A DNA stretch of 64,000 nt from Geosiphon pyriformis uo1 (Eukaryota > Fungi > Glomeromycota). The notes beneath the pieces were generated by a model. That model saw only the letters and a list, made by a program, of their open reading frames with translations, did no database searches and had not been told where the DNA came from. The position numbers and the translations under genes are program-made. This document shows, piece by piece, positions 48,219-60,419 of the stretch. The stretch lies in the NCBI GenBank assembly GCA_016748015.1, contig JAAOMT010000445.1:124001-188000 (forward strand). Reading direction: 5' to 3'. Position 1 is the first letter of the stretch; each line of letters opens with the position of its first letter.

Positions 48219-50054
48219 CAGAATCTTCAAACTGCTTGAACTAAAACCATTAACCGACTTATCAACACCCGGAAGGGGGAAGGGAAATAACATCAACATG
48301 CCATCTAGAGCCATGTTTGAATCCAAAACAGGAGCCACAGGCACAGAAACAGCCAAAAATGAAGCACAAGAAAAAGGCGCCAAGGGCACCAATTCAACAA
48401 AACTCAACTTCTTCAGAATACCAAAAACCTGGTTAGACAAAATCTCCAGAAAGTGTTCCAATGAAGCCAAACAATTATTTAACTCAGAGACAACAAGAGA
48501 AGTGGAAGCCAAAGGAGGAGAGTTTGCACCTAAAACTGAACTAACACCAAGAGCAGCTGAAAAAACCACATGGAGTGAAAAGCCGCCAACAATCTGGGCC
48601 CAAGTTTTTTCACCAAAAGAGACTGGACATGTAATAGAAGCCCACTTTTTTTTATAAATACCAGCCAAGTAAACCTGATCCCAATCAGTAACTACCTGTT
48701 TCCTATGAACCCCAAAAATTCCACCAACTGAACACACATTAGAAACATGACCAAAATGTTTACATTTGGCACAACACACCAACAAAAAACCAGCCCAGCA
48801 CAAACTCACACTCTTAAAAACTAGAACAGAACCAATAGCAACTAACTTGGATGCTTCATTCTCAAAACAAACAACAGTACACCTATCTTATACATATGAC
48901 ACAGGATTATGACCAATGAAACAAGTTTTCCCACCATATAATTTCAACAAACCCGAAAGATCATGAACTGTTGTGCCAATTGGAAAAGTATAAAGTAATG
49001 CTTGATGTTGATCTCTGAGCACCCATATCTGTTTGTCTTCATTTGCTAAAGCCACACACACAGAATCTTTTCCCATAAACACTGACCACTTAAAAGCAAC
49101 CAAACTGGCCACTTTAGATGACTCAAACTCTACAATGGCCTTCTGCCAAAGTTCAATCAACTGCATCTTAATTGAAACAATCCTGCCAAATCTGGAAAAG
49201 ACCAATTCCACTGCTAATCTGAGAAGATCCACTGGGATTTCCTTGACAATTATCTTCCGATTTAATTGGCTGTTTATCTTTTTCAAATTATTATTAACCA
49301 GAATTTTCTCAAATATTGCCAATTTCTTAGCTTTATTCAGGCTAGATTCAGATGTAAATGAAGATCTAATAATCCCTGAGAATTTTAAGGAAGTAGAAGC
49401 TTTCCTAAAACCATCAATTCTATAAAAATTTTTTTTGATTGCAATTAACTTATTACTGTTCATTTTTCTAGGCACAATAGATAGCTCAATATCCAATGTG
49501 AAAGATTTAACTGGCTTGAAGTTTCTTTTTTCTGAAACATGTAACTTAATACTCAGCAGCTGATTGGAATCTTTAAACTTAGGAGACGAGAGAACTACCA
49601 TATCTTCATTATTACTTAAAACATCGAACGAAGGAGTTTTCAGAGGTTGACCTAACACATATATGCAAGTGTGCATTTTCCTGGGCATGATATTGTCCTC
49701 TATGCTATCGACCACAGAATTGTCTAAGTCAGCATAACTAGTTTCTTTAGTGACAGTATTTTTCATGTTTTCCAAGTCTGACAGGTCATTCATGCTACTT
49801 GCTTCACTTTTTATTTCGCTGCCCCAAGATTTTGAAAATTTACCGTCAACATTACCAATATTGGCCAGACCCAATAGACCAGCAGATGAATTGACTACAC
49901 TGACACTGACTTTAGAATTTTTAGGCTTCTTGTAAGATGCACTGTGAGAGTATACACTATTCATCCTCTTCTTTTTTGTATTGAACCAGTTCCCCAAACT
50001 AGCAGAAGTAGATCCAGAGCCACCAGCAACATGACTTGCCGGTTTCATGTTCAT
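48219..50054 (-). pseudogene. LINE-3 ORF1 (RRM-RRM-CCHC); last codons at 37978-37853
   Basis: IIVKEIPVDL..FSRFGRIVSIKMQLIELWQKAIVEF; CAKCKHFGHVSNVC. Confidence 0.88.
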
Positions 50055-50169
50055 GAATAAAGATACGCTCAAAGAAATAGTTAAAATATGAAGGGAATAA
50101 AGAATAAGAGAAACTTTTTCCTCGACAATATTTTGCTCTCATTATAACTGGAGGATCAACAAGAGAAAG

Positions 50170-51200
50170 ATTTTTTATATTATTTAATTATTCTTAATAT
50201 ATAATTGTTTAATTTATGTTATATGTTTTAATTATAAATTATTTTTTTATTTTTTTATAAATAACAATGGTTTTTAATATATTTAATAAAATATTTTAAA
50301 TTTTATTAAAGCTTATTAGTATTTGGTTATATATTATTGTTTATTTTAAGTTTTTTAATATAATTATAACTGTTTTTGTTTACTAATTAGTTTTAATAAA
50401 TAAAAACAATATTAAATTTTTTTTTGTTAATTAAAAAAAAGTTATTGTTTTTTATAATATGTTTAAAATTAAATCAGTTTTTGAAATTATTAAATTTATT
50501 CTTTAAATTTATAATTATACTTGTTTTATTTTTTATTTTTTTATTTTTTTTGGTTATTATAATATATAATTATTATTTTTAGATTTTTAAAAATCTGAAT
50601 ACTGTTATTATTAAGACTAATATTTTTAAAAAATATTATGTTTAATAAAAAATTTCTAATTGTTAGCATTAAAATTCGAATTATTTGACTGCAAATTGCA
50701 AAGTATTTTTTTTTTTGAAATTTTTATTTAAGTTTGTAATTAATCTTAAAATTTTTAAATTTTATTTTGCTAATATTAAGTCTTATATTAAAGTTTTTGT
50801 TTTATGCAATTGTGTTTTTGGCTGTTTTTGTTATTATTGTTATTATTGATTTTATAGTTAATTTTAGATTGATTTTTTTAAAATTTAAGTTAATTGTATT
50901 GGTTTTACTAATTAAATTTATTATTAAGTTTATTAGTATTTTGGTTATTTTACTAAATTACATAATTTTTTTTTATTTTGTATACTAAATTAAATAAAAA
51001 ATGTATTATTGTTTAAAAAATTATTATTGTATTTAAAAGTAATATAAATAAATTGTATAAAAAAATCAATAAATTTAAAGCAAAATATAAAAATAAAAAT
51101 AAAATATTTTTTATAATAAAATTAATATAAATTAAGTATATAAAATTTGCTTTTTTTAATATTAAAAAATCATATTATGTCTTTTAATTTGTCAAATTAC
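50170..51200. other. AT desert, probable eroded TE
   Basis: Very low GC, no credible ORF. Confidence 0.5.
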
Positions 51201-54070
51201 TGAGGATTAAAAAATTACATATTAAATTTATTATTAATAAATAAATAGAAAACTTTGCTGTTAATAAAAATCACACAATCAGAAGTATATTGGGACAGTT
51301 TTTTCATAAAGCAGTATTGAATTATTTAATTCTTGATAATGAATTGATTCTGGATTATAATAAAGTTAAATCTAAGATTAATATAATTATAAAAGGTTAG
51401 ACAAGGAAGAAATTAATGTTAGATAGTGTTTTTAATCTGTAATATTGTTAATATATGCTATTGACTTATATTAATAATATTGTTTTTTTTAATATTATGA
51501 TTATTATTAATTATAATAGTATAATACATATAATCAAAAATCTGTCTAATAAAAAGACTGCTGATTTGTTTAATATCACAAATAAGCTTTGAAAGCATTG
51601 TGATAATTCTGTTTTTACTATGTTTTTGGATTTTTTGAATTTTTGTTTAATATATAAGTTTATACTTTAATTTTGAAAAGAAGCTTAGATGTCTATGATT
51701 CCTAAATCTTATAAGTGAAAAAGTATTTTGACTAATACTAAATCTATTGTTTTAATTAAAACTGCTTAAAAAATATTTTTCAAAATACTTTTTGATAAAA
51801 TTTCTTTGGTCTACAGTAAATTTAATGTTCATTGTAACAACAATTTTTCTGTTTTAAAAAGCACTATTACTTAGTTTTCTATTTTTGCAATGGGCTTAGT
51901 AATTAAAGATGTTTTAGAAAAGAGCTATAAGTTTTGATTAATCTTGTAAAATATGTGAAAAACCTATGACTCTGTTGGTTAACATCATTTAAAAAATAAT
52001 TTAATTTAAATTAAAATATGTAAGTAATTTATTAGGTTCTTTGGTAATATTCACAATAATAAAATTAATTGGGTTATAATTAATTATAGACTAATTAATA
52101 AGTACTAAATGCATAATAGTCTAGATTAAAATAAAATTTTTTCTCTTCTGTTTTAGAAAATTTTCTATAATTTTCTCTTATGTGAAGTTAAGAAGCATAA
52201 AAGCTTGTATAGTTATTGTATTGACATTTAAGTTTGTAGCCAAAACTGACAAAATAAAAAACCAGAATGAATTAACTTTATATTTGGTGACTGGTACTTT
52301 TATTGATAACACAATTTGAATGAAAAATAGTTAAACTACTATCCAATATATTTTGAATATTGCAAGTAAGTTTTTTAATATTAATAATATTTTAATCAAT
52401 AATAAAAAAATAGTAGCCATTCCTATTAACCAAAAAGTTAGAGATATTATATTATTAATAAGTGGTTTGCCAATATCTATTGCACAAAAAAGAGAGTCTT
52501 ACAAATATCTTGGTATTTTTTTGTTTTATAAAAATTTATTTAAATATCAGGTTTTTTGCCAATATAATTTTGAAAAAAGCTATTTTAAATAAGCAATTCT
52601 TTTATTTAGTCTTAGTTATACTACAACTTATTGTTGGTTACAGAACCCAATTTAGTTTTGTCTAAAAATATGTACAACAAATAAAATATACTAATTAGGA
52701 AAGATTTGAAAATAAAAGCTGGTTTGCCAAAAAAATTTTCCAACAAAACTCTTTAACATTCATCTTTATATGGCTTAAAATTATTTGAGCAAATGTAAGC
52801 AAAAAGTAAAGCAACTTTTATGTTAGATTTTTTAAATTTTAGTGGAATTCTTAGTTATCTGTTTGATTATAAGTCTTTAGATTTGCAAATTTTAAGTTGG
52901 TCTCTCATTTATTTTTTACAAAATCCTGTGAAATTAAGAATTAGTCAGTTAACAATTTTCTGGTTAGTATAGTAAAAATTATTCTGAATTATAATGTTTC
53001 TTTTGACAATATCTTTCTTTTTATATTTTATTTTTCTGATGGCATTTCAATGTCTTTTATTCTAGAAAACATGATGTTTTATAATGTTTTTTGTTTATTT
53101 AAGAGATTTAATATTGTTTTTATTAAGCAATTGTATGATAAAAAGAGGTTAATATTTGATTATAAAAGCTTTTATTATTAAAAAAGACTTAATTTTAAGA
53201 GTCCAGTCTCTGTTTAATTCAGATTGGCATGTAATTACTTGGTTAATCTTATCTCTTGTTTTGCTGTTCAACTACTTATTAACAGTCTTTAACTTTTAAG
53301 TATTTGTGATACTAGTAATTTTTTTACAATACAGCAGAGTTTTTTCAGTATTAATCTGAATATAATCAATGTTTATACAAATAAATCTTTAAAAAACTTG
53401 AGTACACATGAAATGAAGTGTGATGTAGCTACATTTTTTGCTGACTTGAATTTAAGTATTGGTGTTAAAGCTAGTGGTTTGGTATCTTTTACAATAATAG
53501 AATTATAGATAATTGCTCTAGTCTTAAAGTGTGTTCTAGTTTCCAGTAGTGTTGTAGTATATTTTAACAGTTAAGCTGTTTTAGATGCTTGTATTGCAGA
53601 ATTAAATATGGCTTTACCAGACTTTTACAATTGCTGTTGGCTTAAAAAACATAATATTACAAACTTTATTAAATATAAGAAGCTTATTATTTTTTGGACC
53701 AAAGTTAAAAGCCATTCAGATGTCTTGAGTAATAAATATGTTGACATGTTAGCTAACTTAACATCATGTTTGAATTTGTTGTTTCTTGTTCTTGTTAAAA
53801 AAAATATATTAGAGCTAATAGAATAGTAATATCTAAAAATATTTGCTATTTTACTTGCAATATATTTAGGATTATTTATTATACTTATTGAAAAGTTAGA
53901 CCTAGATCTAGTGTTATTAGTAAGAACATAATTAGAGATGTGAATTGGATTTACACTTTGTTAATTTGGCACTTTAATCTGCATATAATATCTGGTTTTA
54001 CAAGTAAAATTACTGCTGGTTTGTATTTATATTTTGTGAAGGTCATTTGTCAGTTGTTGTTCATAAGTGC

Positions 54071-55062
54071 TGTTACCAGTAGAATTTAGCTATTAATTAG
54101 CATAAAATTACTCTCATAATTCCTATTATTAATTAGCATATATTATTATTATTTTAATTATTACTTATTATTTAATCAAACTATCAAATATAATTATTCA
54201 ATCAATAATTCGATTTGTATCATAGAAATTAAGATAATTAAATTACACAATACTCTAAACCATTTAATATAATCAAAAGTCGCCGAAATTGATAAAAATT
54301 GGTCGAAATAATTAATAGTTTGTAGAAATAACTTGTAGTTTACTGAAATATATCTTTAGTTTACTGAAATATATTTTTAGTTTACTGAAATTAAAGCAAA
54401 AAAAAAAGTGCAAGTTCAAAGACTAGTACTACAACAAGTTGTATAAAAAAAGAGCTTTTTTTTTCAAAAAAATGTATCTTCTCCTAGTATCTTATCATAG
54501 TATCTTATTTCAGATATCTTAATTAAAACAAATTATCTTTTATACATCTTAAATAAAAATTAAATATTCGAAAAACCAAATTCTTAATTATTACACTTGA
54601 AATTCTCTTAACACAACTAACAATTTAAAATTAATTAGCTACCAATTTCAGTAATCTGTTAGTGACTCCAGACCTGAATAGAAAAACGTTCTCTTGACAC
54701 AATTCTATTTCTTTTACATTTTTTTTATTTTTCTTTTATTTTTTTATTCTAATTATTAGAGTAGCCTACAGATAAGATTCCTGTAGAAAAGTTGACTTGC
54801 ATAACAAAGTAATTACACATTTTAGTGAGCTTCCAGATGAGCAATTCCTGGGAAAGAATTGATGTTTACTACAACATAACTACACAAAGTAACTGGCACA
54901 GAATTGGCCATTCCACTTATAAGTCCAGCAGTTCAGATTATAGGAGATAATTTGAAGATAAATTCTGTTATTGGAGGTTCAACTGCTTCCAGAAAACGTG
55001 AAATTAGCAACAGACAGACATTAACAACAGTTAAGAAAAGAGACCAAAAACCTCCAATAACA
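54071..55062 (+). mobile_element. Solo LTR D (992 bp) of a more distant family
   Basis: tgttac...ataaca termini, perfect TSD GTGC (54067-70/55063-66), three ~21-bp tagtttactgaaat repeats ~54336-54392, no internal region. Confidence 0.88.
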
Positions 55063-55428
55063 GTGCTTATATAACAAAGAGTATTTTAGTGTATTTTGTT
55101 TATATTATAGGAGATAGAACTTTCTAATCATTTTTTTATGTATATAATAAACTTTAATATTCATATAAAACTGCTTAATTCATATTTGATTCAATAGAGT
55201 TCTGTTTTGGGTCTAAGCTTATTATTATTTAATATTTTACAATTATTTTCTTTATATACTTCTAATGATATTATGTATACTGCCTTATATAAAGGTTTTG
55301 TGTTTAAGAAATGGTACTTGGAAACTGTTTTTGTGTTTGGTTGTACCAAGAACATTAGCAAAAAAATCATTGATTTGGTACAAAATTTGGAAATAGCTTG
55401 CTGGATTAAAATATGATTGGTAAAAATT

Positions 55429-55448
55429 NNNNNNNNNNNNNNNNNNNN
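55429..55448. other. Assembly gap (20 N) flanked by an exact 633-bp duplication
   Basis: 54796-55428 equals 55449-56081. Confidence 0.95.
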
Positions 55449-57106
55449 CTTGCATAACAAAGTAATTACACATTTTAGTGAGCTTCCAGATGAGCAATTC
55501 CTGGGAAAGAATTGATGTTTACTACAACATAACTACACAAAGTAACTGGCACAGAATTGGCCATTCCACTTATAAGTCCAGCAGTTCAGATTATAGGAGA
55601 TAATTTGAAGATAAATTCTGTTATTGGAGGTTCAACTGCTTCCAGAAAACGTGAAATTAGCAACAGACAGACATTAACAACAGTTAAGAAAAGAGACCAA
55701 AAACCTCCAATAACAGTGCTTATATAACAAAGAGTATTTTAGTGTATTTTGTTTATATTATAGGAGATAGAACTTTCTAATCATTTTTTTATGTATATAA
55801 TAAACTTTAATATTCATATAAAACTGCTTAATTCATATTTGATTCAATAGAGTTCTGTTTTGGGTCTAAGCTTATTATTATTTAATATTTTACAATTATT
55901 TTCTTTATATACTTCTAATGATATTATGTATACTGCCTTATATAAAGGTTTTGTGTTTAAGAAATGGTACTTGGAAACTGTTTTTGTGTTTGGTTGTACC
56001 AAGAACATTAGCAAAAAAATCATTGATTTGGTACAAAATTTGGAAATAGCTTGCTGGATTAAAATATGATTGGTAAAAATTAAGTATAAAGCATTTATGA
56101 AAAAAAAGAATTTGATTACACATAATAGTTCTGTGTCTTTAAAGATTTGTGGTTATTTGATTTTGCTTTCTAATAGTGTTATTAGACTGTTTGAAATTAA
56201 AACATATGGTGTTAGTTTTGGTTTTTATAAGCTTAGCAGTTTTTTTCTTGGTATTAGTTGTGTAGTTTTTATTAAAATAGATTTATAATGTTGTTTTGAT
56301 CAGTTCAAGTAACTAGTTATATGTAAAAAATACAAGATTTGTGTCTAGTTTAGATTATTTAGTTTGATGTATTGTGCTAAATGGCATTTGGATCTTACTT
56401 ATAAAATATTAATAAAAAAAAATAAAAAATAAAAATATTTATTTAATTATTAGCTTTTTAGAAACTTTAAACTTTTAAATATAAATAATATTATTAAATA
56501 AATAAGTAAAATAATTAATAATAATTGTATTTTTGTTGTTTATTTACATAAAATATTTTTTTTAAATAAGTTTTTTTATTAGATTTAATATAATTTAATA
56601 TTAATTAAATTTATATATCTAATTACATATAAAAAACATATAAGTTATATTTAATTTTTTATATTGTATTAAATAATATTAAACTTTATTTATTAATAAT
56701 ATATATATATATATTTAATAAAAATTTTATAAATAATAATATTTTAATTTATATAATATATTATCTTTAAAATTATAAAAATTATTACATAAATAACATT
56801 TCTTAATAACAAATCAGTTAAAAAGTTAAAAAGTCAAAATATAAACTATTTAAACTTTAAAATTACTTTTATTTTTTAAGGTTTTATATGAAATAAAGAT
56901 ATCATTTTCATTAAAAACTATATTGTTTATAAAGATTTGTTATTTTATAACAATTACTTTTATTACAAAATTCATAAAATTATGATTTCAACTTTTCAGC
57001 CAGTTAAATTCGTTCTCTGGCATTTGATCGGCTGGATCTGAGCATCCGACGTATGAAAGCCTATCTTAAATAAAAATATTTTTGCTTTATTGTTTGTCCA
57101 ACCAGA

Positions 57107-60100
57107 TTAGAGTAGCTGCCCTTTCTTTTGTAGTTCATATTGTGCGCCAGAACTCGTCTCTTGCCTCATAATCTCACGAAGAACCATAGTGGCATATTGT
57201 CCGGAAAGCAAATTAAAACTGATTTGACAAGCGAGATATTTCCCATCTAAAAATGTCTTAATCATTTAGACGAAGCTAACTATTATCAATTAAGAGTCAA
57301 AATGGGATCAATTCTACCTGATATCCTTGGTATCTCAGCTGTTCCTTTAAGAATATCAGCATCAGTAACAGCCAACGGAATACATGGATCATTGTATTGG
57401 AACAAGGACCTAAAAGAATTTAATTTGATTTACTTGGTAGTTAGGAGACAAATTTCATGTAAAAAATGTGACTTTTCTACCCTATCCTAGTAGAGTATAA
57501 TGAAATATACCAATCAAGATCCCATGGTCTTCCAATGATCTTGCGATACGACCCGGGTAAGGAAAACTCTCTGGATTTCCGGATCAATGGCAGGGGGTAT
57601 ATCATTAGGAACCAGTTAATATTATATTTGTCGAGTAATCCTAGACATTTCTAACTTTTGAACGAATGGATACCTGATTATTCTTTCCATTTTCGTAGGA
57701 TCAAGTCCATCTTCTCCCATGAACTTCTTGTACAATTCAAAAATTTCATTTTGTGGATATTTGATTGCGTGTCCAGGACCCGGATATACCACATCGTTTA
57801 TCGTGTAGTTTTTAATATTAACGTTATCCAGAATTGTAATCTATTCCACCAAAGACCAGTATTTCAATAGCCCCACAATTGGAATACGCTTTTTGTACCA
57901 AAATTTTTCGATATATAGCTCCTTACTTTTTCATTGATTCCTGAACCCAGTCCTTCACCGCGAGGGCGCACTTTTTTAGATTCATCAGCAGTATTCTGTT
58001 GAATTTCGGGTGAAACTGAATCTAAATGTGAAGTTCTGATTGATGACTCTGATGGCCCTTCGGAGAATTTTGTCTCACTTTCTAAGGTTGATTCCTCATT
58101 TAGAGGTATGAATGTCAAATCAACAGACAACTCTTCTTCTTTAAGCCAAGCATCCTCTTCACTCACAACCAAGTCTCCAATTAAAGGGCTTTTACAACCA
58201 AATTTATTGATCCGTTCCGAAACCACTCTGTTCCAAATGTATGATTGGTAGGCGTGACAATACATACTACGAAGCGTGTTTGGAATCTAAAAGCAAAACG
58301 GAAAAGGGTTAAGAATGTTATTTAAAGTTGCTTGTGATATTTTGGATCAATCATCAAATATCAAATACCGAATTAAAAGCCTCAAGATAATTATTAGTGT
58401 TCCCATTTTTAATAAATGTTTTTAGAATATTCATTTCGGCATAATAACGATCAGGCATCATTTCTAGAGTTTCTTGAGGATTTCGTGTTTTTGCCCAATG
58501 CGCACGTGCATCTTTGATTTTCCCGTATTCTAATGACAAAACATAAGAATTGCTATGATTCGAAACAGCTATTTTGTTATTACCAACCTCCTACTCGAGG
58601 TCTTAATATCAGATCGACAGCTTCCTCCCAATTGTTCTGTAATAAGGCGAGGCCAATTTTCCAGGTTGGTATAGTGCTTGTTCCAAAACGCTGCATGCCA
58701 TAGTAATTGATGAACCCATAATCTTTCAAAGATATGATTGATTTGAGAAGTTCCTCCTGAGAAGGAATTTGAACTTGTCTATAAAAATAGAATTTTGGAT
58801 AAGGGTGCTTTTGCATTAAATACAAAATGTGATATTGGGGATAGTAATTGAGCCCCCTAGTTAATTCCCGTCATTTTCTTACCGAATTGTTATTTGAAAC
58901 CGATTACCTTTAAGTTCACCCAATTTCATAGGCTCTGAAACGTACCTGAATTATATTTGAAAATGGATGGTTCAACACTATTTTAAGGATAAAATGGAAA
59001 AAATGATAAATTGAATTTCAAGTGTTTACTTGAAATTTCCTAGTCTCATTCCAACCAGACGATTATTCAGCCCAGCTAATCTATTAGCAAATATACGGTG
59101 AGCGGCAACGCGCTGTACCGTAACGGCTCGTGTATCTTTCGTCCCCGCATATGAAAAAACACGATTATGAACTCTATAAGAGATTTATCATATCAAAATT
59201 AAAAGATGTTAAAAACATACTTTATTCATCAAATTTATGTCCGTACCTCAAAAGTCTTGACAAAAGATTAATCGCAGATATCGTATCCCGATTTTCTTTC
59301 AACAACAAAAATTCGCAATAATTGCCACGACCTTTTTCCCATCGTGTTATTGATGTTTTCTTAGAAATTTTCCTATATTTGATATCCGTTCCAGCATCTT
59401 TGTTTGTAAGTCCCATATCCCTTTCTTTTGTAGGTCGAGACTCTAAATGAATATATAATTTACGGCCATAGGTGTTTAATTTTTTGGGGCAAAAGCTTAT
59501 ATAAGTAGAACCTGCCTGTTCGATTTATCATTTGTATTGAAATAGATTGATCGGGCATAGTTTCGCCAAATAAAATATCACCAAAGTATTCTCTTATAAA
59601 TTGATGTATGGCTTTACGCTTATCTTTGTCATGAATTGGCTTCTTGCAGCAAAAGTAAATAGTGCAGAAACATTAGAGACATTTTTCTTATTGTGGACCA
59701 AATCAAATGATCAAAAGAAGATAATATAAATAAAACTTTTCACCTCTGTTATAACCGGTTCCGAATCGATTCCTTTACTGTCTATAAGATTTTGTATCTC
59801 ATCGAGTGTTTTCTGGTCAAAGACTGGAAGCCGGGATTTAATATGTGTCTAATATAATTTACGATATATTCTATTTATATATATTAGAGCTTTTGAATGA
59901 GTAACAAGCAATATTAAGCCAACTGAGGATGAACCTGTGGTAATCTTGGTTGGCCTCGTCTATGATAATGCGGTTCAATTGAATCTGTCTGAACGGCAAA
60001 AGAGGTCAAATGATGAACTGTTCCATTCAGATTAATCTCATTGACAAGGAAATCAGAGTGACTAAAAAAAATTCAATAGTAAGATTAGATCAAAAAACCA

Positions 60101-60315
60101 GGTTTGGAAGTTTTAACATACAGTTGTTTCAGAACACCAGAGAATCCGGGAAGTTTGGGATTAAGATACTCCGTAATTCCAACATCCTTTTCCTTAACGT
60201 AAATGTCCTCCATGTTCACGTTGTTGTTAGTTTGTGTGGCTTCTTCGAGTTTTGGATGTGAAAGGGTGTCCTCTGTTTGAACGCTTGAAATATCATTATT
60301 GACTTCAGACTCCAT
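57107..60315 (-). CDS. PUS7: Pseudouridine synthase 7 (TruD family), multi-exon
   Basis: [48 protein letters not shown] (catalytic Asp), [49 protein letters not shown]; ATG 60315, TAA 57109-57107. Confidence 0.95.
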
Positions 60316-60419
60316 GAGTAGTTTATATTATAAAATCTTCGCGAATTTAAATGACCCAACGAAGAATTCAATTACAATACTTGTGGTCATATAATTTGAA
60401 ATTTTTTCAGCTTATCAAT

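Larger units (their letters stand above)
33045..50170 (-). mobile_element. LINE-3: full-length non-LTR retrotransposon (~6.9 kb net) split by element C
   Basis: ORF1 rejoins across C (KILT|SKVDGLESKM); ORF2 37856-33178 with EN, RT, RNase H (FIDGS) and Zn finger; 3' UTR like LINE-2. Confidence 0.92.
51220..56422 (+). mobile_element. LINE-4: 5'-truncated, heavily AT-eroded copy (RT-RNase H-3' end), split by solo LTR D and the assembly gap
   Basis: Relics of HKAVLNYL.LDNELIL, IPKSY, TFIDNTI, YKYLGIFL, KVKSHS; A-tail ~56411-56422. Confidence 0.85.

Noticed and set aside
50767-50988. 73-aa hydrophobic ORF and similar short ORFs in AT deserts
   Set aside because: T-rich low-complexity sequence gives I/L/F-rich ORFs by chance; no motif support
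54796-56081. Exact 633-bp tandem duplication including an LTR end
   Set aside because: The copies flank a 20-N gap and show no differences in a hypermutated region, so this is an unmerged contig overlap
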